Below are positions 37,761-51,465 of a stretch of DNA of 64,000 bases, piece after piece. Source of the stretch: Phoronis australis (lineage: Eukaryota > Animalia > Phoronida); contig NMRA01000098.1 in the NCBI GenBank assembly GCA_002633005.1, forward strand, positions 281,330-345,329, written 5' to 3'. The notes under the pieces were generated by a model. That model did no database searches. It saw nothing but the letters and a program-made list of their open reading frames with translations, and was not told where the DNA came from. How positions within the stretch are numbered: the stretch's first letter is position 1; every line of letters starts with the position of its first letter. The translations under genes and the position numbers were made by a program.

Positions 37761-39203
37761 AGTAATAGTTTTTAATGACACTAATTTTGAGTCAGATATT
37801 ATCTTACCACTGTTTTACCCACATCGATGCAAAGCTGTATATTTAGTATACAGCTTTGTACCAAGGCTACACACAATGGTACCTAGATGTAGGCCTATTT
37901 TGACGATAGTCTGTGCATACAGGTACCTGGCTGACTACCCGTGAGTGCGATGGCCCTTGGCATATTCTTACTCTTCCTGAAACTTTGTTGGTTCACGGTT
38001 ACTCAAATCCTGATGGCTGCATCCCAAGGATTGCCCTCCCTCCACCTATGGCGGACGTGGAGGATTCGTTACAAATATGGCGGTATCCAGAGTAGGGGAG
38101 TGGGGGGATGAGATGGTGGCAATAAGAAGGGAGGGGTAGTTTGGCGAAGTCGAATTGGTTTATGCACAGCCCCAATAATTTTTGCCTTCCTACGGGCCTG
38201 CTTCATTAGCGTCATGGCTCAGCAATATATCTCTAAGTTGACAGCATGTACGTACGCGATATCTAGTTGCGAAGTATTTATGCCGTTCTTGCTTTTCTCG
38301 CAAGAACCTAGGTCTATGGAACGCACTCAAGGTCTCAACATATGATGAATTTGTTGAACATTGCGCAATGCAGAAATTTAATAATAATCGTTCGATTTTA
38401 GCGACCCAATCGAGTATGCCCAAATCAAGGAGTGTACACTTCTTGCCCGAATACTCAGAATCACGTGAGTAACTTTGGGCGGAGTTGTATGTCATTTGGT
38501 TGAACTACATGTAGGTCAACGCGGCTTTATCGAGTTCACTGGTGCAATAAATGGTAGTATATGTCTGTTATGCTTGTAAATATATGTATAAACTCTCGTC
38601 GAATTACGCCTTGCTTACATTTTAGTTTATTTCGAATTCGATCCACAAGTTCTATGTATGACTGAATGCTGACTTTTACAAAAATGACTGTAACCTTAAA
38701 ACGCTCGGTAATGCTCGGCCGATCACGGAAATAACTGAAAGTGCACTTAGGTCATTGGGCGGAGCTAAATCATCGACAGAAATAGAAGAGATGGACGGAG
38801 GAAAGTGGTTGGTGAAAAAAATGTAAAAATGCGTGTCTTTGAATTTATTTTGATTCCTATAAAACGCGTTTATCGAAAAAATGTAAAATTTTGAGGTTGT
38901 GAGGATTACAATTACGTTAAATAATTCATTTGAGCTACGCAGATTTAGTATGATAAAAATATTAGAAATAGGCTTTATTAAAATAACTGCTGGTATTAAT
39001 AAACTGTCTCATACAGTGACATTAGGCAACAAAACCACCTTCTCGTAAAACCCGACTTAGATTGCTAGGCTCAGCTTCCTTCTTAGCCAAAAGCGTTGGG
39101 GTATTTGGCTCGCAGACCACACTTTTGCTCTCATGAACTGTATTGTCTTCGTAAAAGTCAGTATGACATTTAGGTCAATATCTTCGGTGAGAGTTTATCT
39201 CTG

Positions 39204-39312
39204 TTATATCGCTTCATCTTCTGTATCTTGCTTCATCAGAGGCGCTTCTGTTTTGGACGGCTTTTCCTGTAGGCCTACATGCTCTTCGTAGAAAACTCGC
39301 TTATACTCGACA
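39204..39312 (-). CDS. SLC22: SLC22 copy B exon 10 (terminal)
   Basis: [11 protein letters not shown]...DEAI*; AATAAA on the minus strand at 38974-38979. Confidence 0.8.
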
Positions 39313-42300
39313 CTGAAATAAAATACATTTGGTATCAAACACTACTGGATTTCACTGGTTTTGTGCCCTCTAAGTAAGCCAACTATGAACGAGGCGATTA
39401 TTCGAGAACATAAAGCTAGTACTCAAAATATATTCGAAAATGCTTTTGAATTAGGCCTATATCACTACACGGTGTGTACAAATTTTGTACTCGATCGAAC
39501 TTACGTTCCGAAATTTTCACCATCAGATAAGGTTTCCGGGAGGCGGGCCCTGTTGGTTTCTGGTAGAATCAACGCCAGACCGCCAGCCACAACAGACAGT
39601 GATCCCATGAGTAGGGACGAGAGACCAAACCATACATATTTATCCTAGATTGAACAGACAAATGATAGAATCATAAGAGATGAAGTATTATAAAGCTGCT
39701 AGGTTATCCTCCTTCTGTAAAAAGTAACTTTAATTTAGGTCTCCCATCATGATCAAACTGATATGGATTTGACCCTCACTCAGAGTAGACGTGATTCCTC
39801 GTTTGACAAAGAAAAAACAAACAGGTAGTTGAAGCTACGAACACAAATCTTCACGCATTGCAAGCGAAGTACGTAATTAATCACCTAAGTTTGTTTCTCA
39901 AGTGTTTTGCGTTTACTGAACGTATCCTGGATTCACTTCGCTACTTCGAATTCATTGATAATGTTTAACAGGTGGCTTACCAGATGTATAAGCTGAGGTG
40001 CAAGGAGGCTTCCCACACGAGCGCACGTGGAACCAGAACCAACAGCCACGTTGCGAACCACAGTGGGGAATAACTCGGCTGTGAACACGTAGACTATAGC
40101 GAAAGATGCACTACTCCCGAACTTCCCTATATTCGACAGCGTGATTACAAGACCTTGTAGTCCTGAAATCATGAAATGATAAGAACTAGTAAAACTAATA
40201 AAACAAAATATGTAAGCCAGCATCTGGCTTGGAGGAGTCAACGAGGTCCTTTTGGTCCATGGTATTATCGTATAAGTCAGCAATTTCACGTATTAAACAG
40301 TTTTACAATAGTAAAAAGTTTTCAAATACGGCCCTATTGCAGCTTCAGCAACTTACAAATTCCTACAGTAGATGTTTGTTCAGAACAATCTTCCAATATC
40401 GCCCATCAGATACATTTTTGGAATTGTTACAAGATATAAGATCTATAATGATGTTCACCGTTCAAATGGACAATTTCGTCGAAAACAGTGATTTTATGAG
40501 ATCATCCTCAACGATGGAATCGACGCACGAACACCAGCAGCAATCGCATTCTAGCAATTTGTTGGGGGCACTAAGTAAACACCATTCCCTTAATGTTAGA
40601 GTGATATAAACGCACTTAAATGCTAAAGTCACCCGCTTTGATTTCAGCGAATGTCTGGCAGACAACAGCGAGGATTAATGACCTGTCATAAAATCATAAA
40701 GCAATGGATTTTGTTATTTTTATACCTAACTTCAAGAAGTACATCCTAACCAACAACAATCCCAAGAATGCGTTTTTCGACCGTAAACCGATAATGTCTC
40801 TTTAAGACCTTCACACTGCAGGTGACGTCACTGATTAGAAAGCAATTTCAAGTGCTGTTAGAATTAACTTGTCAGTCAATTCGATGAAGCTAGCCGCTAG
40901 GGCCTGACAATTTGAGCATAAACTGAAAGATTCTAGGGCATCGTCTTACTTGGCGAATACTACCTCGCCAAATGCGACCTCCGATTGTCGGTAACTCCTT
41001 CAACCCCGGCCGAACCTCACTCGCAAAACGCGACTTCAAACCTTAGTTCCTCAACGTCCCAAACGCTGGCTTAAGATTTTCCTCCACCATTTTGGTGAGA
41101 GTCACAAACGGTCAGTGTGCGATCAAATACCGAAAATTTGTGTAATTGGTCCAGAAAATATGGTTTAATATTACTAGTCAATCACAACTTTATAATTATC
41201 ATTCATGAGGTAGCACAAAAATGAGATACTCTTATTCAAAATATGGTAATAAGTAAACGTTTACTGGTTGAGCAAATGTCAAGAGGTCGAAAACGGCGCC
41301 AAAAAGGTGAATCGGACAATAGATCCGTCCCGGATTACACAGCGACACTCGAATCTCGCTGTGTTTACCCACAATGCCGTTAACATCTGCCAGGCACATT
41401 TGCTGCCTCGTTTTTATGCCACTGAAGTTTCAAATGTTATTTGTTGTTGTCTAATTCTTTACAAGTTTTTATCGGTTGCATAACTCTGTTCGTCCTTCCA
41501 ATGCCAAAGAAATATTACTGCTGTGCTGTTGGCTGCAACTCCGACGTGAGAAAGTTTGACAAACTGGGCAAATACCCATGGACGCTTCATCTGAAATTCT
41601 TCGCGTTCCCGACATCAATGAAAGACACGAAAATGTGTCTGATTTCTAAAACGAGGACACGTGCTTTCCAATCTCCGAGACAAAGGAGAGTTCTGTCTCC
41701 GTGTTATCCGGGACGGCCCTATTCTGACTAATCTAAAATGGCAACCGTACAAAAATCGTAAGAGGCAGCCTAAAAGGGAGTTAAGTTTCTACCTGGGTTC
41801 TTAAGACCAGGTATAGAACCTAGCAAAGAGATCCCTGCCAGTAACGACATTAGTAGCAGAATCCACCGACGACCAAATCGGTTGAGAACGAAACACATAG
41901 CAATGCATGCTGGGATTTCCATGGAAGCGTTGATTAGGGTATTGACGTATATATTTCCACTGAGCGACCCTGTGTTGTAGGATAAACCGTAGTAGACAAA
42001 ACTCGTTACAAACCTATAAAATATAAACCATGTATATGAGCAATGTAATAATACACTCCTATACTACCTTCATTACACAGTACTGTAGGCCTATACATTA
42101 CACATACCCACACGTTTTTGTAAACACTCGCCTTTCAGGAATGTTCAGTATATATGTAAGAAAAGATGCTTAAACTGTTAGAATTCTTTACATATTGAAA
42201 CATTATTTTCCTAAACAAGCACTCTTGAGGATATGTCATAAACTCTAATATTGCCACATCTAGATTTTGGCGTAACACTGGCGCGGTTTAATAATTCCGT

Positions 42301-45300
42301 GTGCGAGAGGCTAAGTAAAGACTTTTCAGAAAAAATTAGAGGAACACTAACAAGTCACTTTTTCTCCCGTAGAACTAGTTTTTAGGAATATAGAATTCTT
42401 CTTCTTGATGACATTCTTAACCAAGCATTTTTAAAAGCCTTATTTAAAGAATAACCGGCCAGCACAAAATTATGACTTTTTACAATTCCACCAACCACTA
42501 AGAGATCTTCCTAGAATATGCCCACTTACAATAGAAAAAGCCTTGAAAATTCATTAATGTTTAAACACCCCCATTTAATTAACAATTGTACTTCATCAAA
42601 TAATGTAACTGGCAAAATCGGCACAGACAGCTTGCAATCCATTTAAAACATTACATGTCACATTCTACACTTAAAATATTTTGTCATTTATCGAGTGGGA
42701 TTTAGTTCCGACAATAGGGAATTAGGCAGCGCCCGTGGGGCACCTAGGTTTGACTCCGCGCTGGGCTCACCTCAAAACCTCAGGTTTCTCGCCAAATGTC
42801 CTTTGAGTCCAAAAACTAGTTTTAATATGAGTAAGAAACGGCTTGAGACCAGTTTTATAACGGGCAGTGTCTTATTTTAATCAAAAGGAAGCCACCGACA
42901 GCTTTAAGGTGCAAATGTGGTAGTTGACACCACTGGTTAAGTTATATAATTAGTGCCACGATCTTCAGCATAATCATTAAGAAAGGAGTTTTGTTCAACT
43001 GCAGTTATCCAAACGACTTACTTGTAGACCTTTACTTCGAGGGCTTCAGAAAATGGCCTTTAGTATGAAAGAGCAGGGATTTTAGGCGGACCTTTGTCAA
43101 CATGTTTTGACAGTGCATTATTTGACCTCGATGTTGCAAACAGTCCAGGAAAAAGGATTGCACACCGCCACCTCGTTTTCTTTACCATGATTTATTCGTT
43201 ATTCAATTTCTTGCTTTTGTTATTACAGTCTAGCAAAGCTCCACTTCAGTCGGATAACCAGTTTATGATTCAACTCAATGAGAATTTTTTGCGTGTTTGT
43301 TCGTTGTTCTTTATTCAATGTTCCTTGAACACTTCACAATATATGTGCAGCTGCATGATTAAAATGCAATGAAATTTTGCCGTTTTTTCATGAAAATGCC
43401 AATTTTCTCCTTTGGGGGTGTCCAGTTCCACCCTTGCGCCGTAATTTTGGACCCACAGTTTTAATATCCTACGTCACACTAGGCCTACCCCTGACATCAA
43501 AATCATCGCTTGATCACCAATTGCCCATTACGGTTTGAAATTTGTGGGATATAATTCGGTCACGGTAAGTGTTTTGTTGGAAATCGAGACGTGTGTCCTG
43601 TGTTTTCACTGGTTGGTCTCATTCCGCATTTACTGAACGACGGATCCATTGTAACATGACGTCCCATCTAACGTAAAGAGAACAAGTGCCGTCACGAAAA
43701 GTACTACATGTACTGCCAAGAAATAGGCGAACATCAATATTTATCACTAGTTTGTTTTAACGTCTCCAATCGATCTACACCTAAATTCTTATGACTCTCT
43801 CAACAGCCTTTCCAAACATACCAGCAAAACGAAATAACCAGTAGTCTTATCCTCATTCGTGGTCGACGAAGAACGTCCATCAACGTTGCTCTCTCCTGAT
43901 GTTCATCGCCCAAGTTTCCCTAAATTTGTAAATAATCAACTAGTTGCAACCAGTAAACGTTGTTTAAAAATCAATCAATATCAGTGCAACTAAACGGTAT
44001 CAGGTTCGTGGGTAAAGGTTCAGTTGATTTTCATATTTGTAACTTTCAAGAATAAGTACTGGCGAAGAATGTTATAACTAAAACAAGAAAACGTTCTCGT
44101 AGCGTCGCCGTCTAATTTCTGTCGCCAAAACGTTTTGCATTCGCTTATTTAACCAATAGCACATTTCACGATAGTTCTTTTCTGGCTGAGCGCGTCCGAA
44201 GATCAACAAGGGATGTAGAGCACCGTAAACTTGTATTTCTTACCGTATTAGAAAACCTCGGCAGCTGAAATATAGGAACTATCCCCAACGAAAGGGTTTC
44301 CGAGGAAATGGCAATCCGTTTGCTAGGAATTGTTAGAAATATAACAAAAAACGTGGCGCACGCGACAGGTATGGACATCAAAAAGAGCTCATTTTGCCAT
44401 TTGCTACATGAGCAAATGCTAGCGTGTTATCTAAACGCGGAGTGTTGCGATATGACCGAAATGTCTTAGTTTTAAAATGTTGTTGACACATAATGGACAA
44501 GGCTATGAATAAGCCAGTTGACCGTGAGTGTTGTGTTTAACCACAAATACCAGATAGAACTAGATTGCAAGTATTAAAAACATTCCACTAATTTTGATTG
44601 TGGCTCTTCACCATTTTACAATCGAACACCAATAATTTTCACTAGATGGTTTAGTAACCAAAAACTGTCGGAGCATTTTTGTGGTAGTTAATATCAATTT
44701 TTACATCAAACATTTTACGATAAAACATAGAATGACACCAAAAATGTGTAACTTAAGTTTTCATAAATTTAATTACAAAAGCCCCGATTTAAACATTCTT
44801 CACGCCTTCCTTACTTTACCTTTGTTTGAAACTGTTTCTCTTCCGTTGGGAATGACTTTTTGTTGCATTTTGCAATTTTTCTCATAATCACTTCCGCTTC
44901 CGCTGCTCTATTTTCAGCGTACAGCCAACGAGGAGATTCTGGGAGCAACCTGAAAATAGCACTGACAATGAGCGTTTTGAATCATAGTGTGGCAAACCTG
45001 CCTTCATTTTTGAAACATGTAGACCTTTATTTATAAAAATCAATTTTCTAATCTATTTGAAATAGGTCTAGCGCAAGTAGATCATCAGCAAAACGCTATA
45101 ATTACAGGTGTTAGTGACGTCAGACTTAAGACAGAAATTTGGTCCCACGCTCCCACTTTACACTTTCTGAATAAAGTTTAATCATAAAATTATTAGTACA
45201 TCGCTGGCTCAAAATTATTTGTGCAAATTTTCTCAGTAGATAGTAGTTATTTGCATATTCTTAGATACCTTGGTCTCTTTCTAAAGTGAGACTTATTTTT

Positions 45301-45569
45301 CAGAAATAGTTATGCGGAGCGTAAGACCAAATTTGTGTCTTAAGTCCTCAGTCACTTTTCATGAAACAAATCCCAGGTGCTAAGGAAGTAAATCTGAAAC
45401 CCGGATAGAGTTCAGAAACACTAGGACCTACCTAGGACCGCACCAGAAAAGCACGACTTCGCGGGGTTACGCGAGATGTTGCCGTGAATTTTAAATGAGA
45501 ACACGTGATTTTGGCTAAATTTTTCAGCTAATGAACTCTACCCTGCATTTGTTTGTCAGACCCAATTAG

Positions 45570-45609
<40 letters not shown>

Positions 45610-48600
45610 NGGTATATATAATGCCCCACAATTTCAGACCTATCAGAAACTGTTATTTGGTATGCACAGTGTCTCCACGTGTATTTTCTCAACAACTTGG
45701 TTTCATAAGGACATCCTATATATAACTCTGATCAGACCCTCCCAAAAGATGTCACTGTAATTATGAGTGCCCTGCTCCAGACTGCCATATGTGACCTACA
45801 TTGGTACAGTGTTATGTAACGCCCATTAACTTAGTTGACCTTCCACTGCAACAAGCCTCTCAGGTTTTGATTTTAGTGTTATAGAGTTGAAGTTGAACAT
45901 CCGTTTCAGAGTTTGAGTTGAGACAAGTTTTACTTCGTTTTATCTGAAACGAGTATGTTTGAGTAGAAGATGGTACATTCAAGATCCAAGTCTATGGTAA
46001 GTCTTTCAAATTTCTAAATATTTTGATTATTTAAGTTATTGCAAATTCATGTATTAGACTGGCATAATCATGGCTAACATGCATTTGGCAGGGTCCTAGA
46101 AACTATTTCTAATGCAGAAGACGCGGTCAAATACTCGCATCTGTCCCTCCTAAAAATATTTCAAAATCTAACCACCCCTTTATTATGAGCTGAAGAATCT
46201 CTTTTTCTATAAAAATTCCAGAGAGTTGTAGATTTCTTTGCTTTATATCGCTGAGAATAATTGCACTTCGTAAGATTTTCCAGATTCACTGCGATATGGT
46301 ACCTTTTCTAAGAGAATTCCTTACAATTAAATGGGTGCCCTTTCAGTAGCGATTTTCCTACGAAATTCGTCCATTTTGTGGACTGGAACGGTACAAAAGG
46401 CCCTCTAAGATGGAATCCCTGTCTCAAATAAATAAGCAATTATTATACATATAACACATTTTAATAAGAAGCATTTACACTAAAGCATGTCGTGAGGCAT
46501 TAAGTCAAATCCCTCATAAAACTTTTACAGTTTGGTCTGGTTGAATCCTAAATGTCAAGCCCAAACTTTTCCTTAAAAATATTTTACACTTCAAACACGC
46601 GTGGAAAATTAGCGACCAAAGGTATAGATATGCTGTGTTGTTTGCCCAGTGAGTATCTTCTTAATGTAGCATGAAACAGTACATGTTTTCACATTGATTC
46701 AATGTGAGGGATCTAGTATCAACCTTAGATTTTTTTCAACCCCTAAATGAAGCCTTTGAAATCAGTGACTGAAAACCAAATCTCAAACTTGAAATGGGAA
46801 ATTCCAGGGTAAAATAATTTCCTGAAGTTATTTTGTGTGAGTTGCCAAAATATACAGGTTCTCAAATCTTTACTAACTATGTGCATATTTTCTGTTGTCA
46901 TTAAAAGGACGGCACAAACACCAGACCAGACCATGCGAAAAAATACCTAAAATATCCTTGAATTCTCTTAGTAACTTTGACGTCTGCTTAAAAGACTCAA
47001 TAATTAAGGGATGGTTGGTCTAACTCTAAAGGTTCTGTGGCTCGACTGGTCAATAGTCCGAAGAAGTAAGGGAAAGTTTATCTTGCGTTACCAACTCGGT
47101 AGTTACCAAGAATAATTTGCAATATTAAACTAAGTATTCGTAGCTTGTTCAGGTTATTGTTCGTTGAATGACCACAATTTCAAGAAAGAGAGCTTTGCCT
47201 GCTTTACGAAATTTTGAAAGATGGAGAATATGATGTAAATTTATCTGAAATCCTGAAGACATTTATTTCTGTAGATTACGGAATAATGTGAAAAAACTAT
47301 TAACTAGATTTCTGTTCCGACTATTGACTTTTCGGACTATAGATCCCATTGTTTTCGAACTATAGACCCCTTGGACTATAGACAGCATTTCATTTCTATT
47401 GATAGTTTTGATTTTTTTTTCAGATGAGAATGTTGTCGATCCATTCAGTTCAAGTGACAATGATACAGATGAAGGTAGAATTTGGTGCTTGTTTTCTCAG
47501 AGTAGGGAAACATGCAACTTCACATGGGTGAGTTATGAAGGTGGTGTGAATTTCAAATAAATAAAGTATTATGAGATACATTTTCGCAGATTCTACAAAT
47601 TTTCGCAAGGTTTCTGCAATTTTATTTTTTAAACTCGTGATTGCGAGGTCATAATGAATCACTACTTTGATTTATTACTTTCATAAGGTAACTACATAGT
47701 CATTTTGATACTTGTTCCGCTAGCATACAGCCTGTTTTTCAGACTTAATCAACTAGCATTATAAAACATTGCACATTTCGTTATTTGCAGCAGTTGGCTT
47801 CCCAACATATTATTTGTTAACTAGGTGAACCATTTAATGTAGCAGACCAACTTAAAAACTTTCAAACTCATGTTAATGGAAATTTAGAAGACAGCTTTAA
47901 ATAAGCCAAACAAATGAATGCAAATGTAAAGGTGCTGGATATATCACTGCATTTATAATTTGTTTCAGATGAAGAAGTGAGGGAGTGCCGTTTTCGTCAC
48001 AAGGTGTTCAGTTCTGCTAAAATAACCAAGAATTTTCTCTGATAGATCGTCTGAAAGGTATTTCATGCAACTAAAATTACTTGTTTTTCAAATTTTACCA
48101 TACAATTTCTTTTTTAATTCAAAATTTATTTCTTGGTGATGCCAAGGATATGGTAATACCTTTATTGTTTTGTGATGTCTATACGAGATGTGCTGAGATG
48201 GGTTGGTCGATCCTGTATTCCGAAGGACCTTTGACAGTGTCTAGTGCAAAGGAACTTTAGTTCGAAGGATTGTTAGTCTGAAAGTGAATAGGGTGATGAC
48301 ATTGCATCAGAGCTTATAGAAGACTGCACATTTGAGCACAATTAAGAATTTTTATGAATGCAAATGTTAAAGACTTTGTTTTGAAAATGCAGGGTTCTTT
48401 CGGTAATTTTTTCTTGCCATCCTAGACCTGTAACCCACCAATCGTGGTCATGGCGATACAGTTACCTTACACTTTTTCATGCCTGCTAATCAGATTTATT
48501 TCAAAATGTAATGCTCAGTGGACCAATCAGACCAATAGCTCTTCCGACTAAAGACATTTCAGAAAATCAAAAGGATGCCAAACCCGGTTTTGACTTATTA

Positions 48601-51401
48601 AAAGATACATAAACGACTTTACTCTCCAGTTTTCTGGAACAAAATAATGGCCTGTAACATGGGCGGCGCACCATAGGGGGCTGGCTGGGGGGGCTATAGC
48701 CCCCACTTTTTTCAGTGCTCCGACGTTCAAGGTCTATGGGCGGTACACAACAGGGGGACGGGGCTATAACCCTGCATTTTTTTCAGTGCTGCGCTGCCCA
48801 TGTGTAACTCTCGACTACTCTGAAAAGTTCGGAAAAATTTGAAACTATTTTGAAAGTCTGCTAATAGGCTAAGCACGACCTACGCCTCGGAGAATTACAC
48901 GGCAACTGTGGGAAAAGACCACCCACCAAGGACCAAAATGCGAGATAGGGACATGAGTTTTTAGTTAATTCCAGCTCTTTCAAGATTGACGCCAATGATG
49001 CATTATCAAATGACAGGACCAGAATTGGTTGAATTCATCAAAACATGGTTTAGTTTCCTTTTTTGCGAAGTCAATTTTTCACAAACAAAGCACACATTTT
49101 TCGGATAAATACTCTTTAGAATAAAGGTCCTTTGGTTTTGAGACCACAAACCTATGAAAATGGAAGTAGTAATAAGAAAAACACAACTTAATTCAGAAGC
49201 CCAAAAGGTCACTGCTCCTTAAACGTCTTTCCGACTAACTTCCTGTTGGACTATCGACCTGCAGGAATGCAAAAAGGGGACACACGTAACAGATTTGAAC
49301 TACAAAGAAATCACAAAAGTATTATTGTTATTATAATTGTTAATGTCATATTATTGTTTGTGTAAGATAGTATATTTTAGTAAGAATGTAGGATCCATGT
49401 CTATGGTCCGAAGCTCCAGTGTTAGCTCCAATCCTTACTCCGACAACAAAAATCGGTCGCTCTAATGTACAAACCTCATAGCTGAATACATTCACCATAT
49501 TAACGAGAGTTACGCCTAAAGTGTAACTAAAGATTCCATTACTAAATATATACATCACAGGAATGACAGCTTTTGCAATGTGTGCAAGGACACCTGTCAA
49601 ATGATTAAAGTTCTACACTAAGAAAATCGTAAAAAGTGTAAAAAAATACCTCTCCGGCCTAAGTATAGTAAAATATACAGAAAATTCCTGTAAATCCCTA
49701 AAATTAACAAAAACTATTTTATAACTGCTTTCACAATGCATGTATTATGAAAAACAACATCCTGCCCAATCTTCGAACTTTTATCATAGCAAAATGTATT
49801 GTTTAAAATTTCAATTTTATTTTCAGGTGATACACTGAATAAATGTCACTAGTATGAAGTCTGGAAACTTCTAGGTTAAAGGACAATTGACCAAACTATG
49901 CAGTGATGCTGAAAGTGATGATGACAATACGACAGTCTCCATGGTGGTGGGAAAAGAGTCATCGGGATGTGTTAGTGATGCTAAAAGTGATGTTCACAGG
50001 ACATTTAATAAGGGTGTAGCAAAGTTAAGAGGATCTGCCTTTGATAATGAAAGTAGCAATGAATATCATAATTATGTTTTTTGTGTCTTAAGCTACATAG
50101 TGCCATCTCAGTTCCCTAAGGTGTTCATTGTCACCATCATCACTTCGACAACAGCCTTTCAGAGTTTTGTTAATTAGACAATACAGACAAATGGCACTGC
50201 AGTTTTTGCAGTTTAAACATCTTTAAAAATAATTGTTTTCAGTTATTGACAATGGTAATCACTATGTATCAGCATTTTGTATGAAGAAAGCAAACACGAT
50301 TTAATCTAAAACTATTACATTTTCTTTAATTATATTTGTAGTCGCAATTGTCACTAAGATGGTTGGAGTCTGAAATTGTGGTGACTGGAAGCCTGCTAAG
50401 ATCCGTATGTTGCGCAGGATGAAATTGTTTGTACATGTATATCACAATCATTGTTTCTATGGATGTACATGTATCCTATATGTTTGGTGCCCATCATTTG
50501 ATTTTAAAGATAATTTGGATATGAATAGTTCACTATGTGCCAGATCAATAATTAATAATCATTAATAAGTTTTCATCTGTGAGAGTTTTTATTGGCGAAT
50601 TAAGCAAGAATGTCATTCACGATGGTTTCAACGTGTTTGTAGAAGAGTATTTTTATCAAAGGTATCAACATACACCGTAGAGCCTGACAGAGATGGTGTC
50701 ATCTGCTCACGTTTCAGAATTAGAAAACGGACATTTGCCGCACATTACTTTCCCTGTATCTCTCACTCTCATTTCACTTCATGGATATGACTTGAAGGGT
50801 AATCGACACTTGTTGTCCCTCTGTACATATCCGATGATGTCTTGTTGAATAAGACGAAACGTTGAGTTACCATGAACTTCTTTATTTGTGCGGCAATTGT
50901 CCGTTTTCTAATCGTACTTTGGTCAAAAATGATGTGGTTTCAGAATTATAAACAGATAAAAGGATCATTCATTTTTAAGTTTGAAAGTGGTAAAATCTGT
51001 GGTGGACCCATACACGTTATTCCAGTGGTCTTTGGAGGAGTGTATTTTTGGCACATAAAACATTAACCGGATGTGACATTTACATAGTTGCGGGGCTTGT
51101 ATATTAGGTGGAAAATCGGGTTATAAAAATACTGGGGTATATATCTAATGGGACATATAAAGTTGCGGGGTATATATTGTATACACCCAATGGGGCATAT
51201 GTACTTGCGGGCTATATATTGTTCTGGGGTATATACCTAGCGAGGTATATATAATTACGGGATATATATTGTTCCGGGGCATATACCCAATGGGGCATAT
51301 ATAGTTGCGGGCTATATATTATGTATATACCCCGGAACGAGGTCTCAAAATTTTACCCCACTTCAAGGTTTCAAATAATAACCCCACTTCTGCATACAAA
51401 C

Positions 51402-51465
<64 letters not shown>

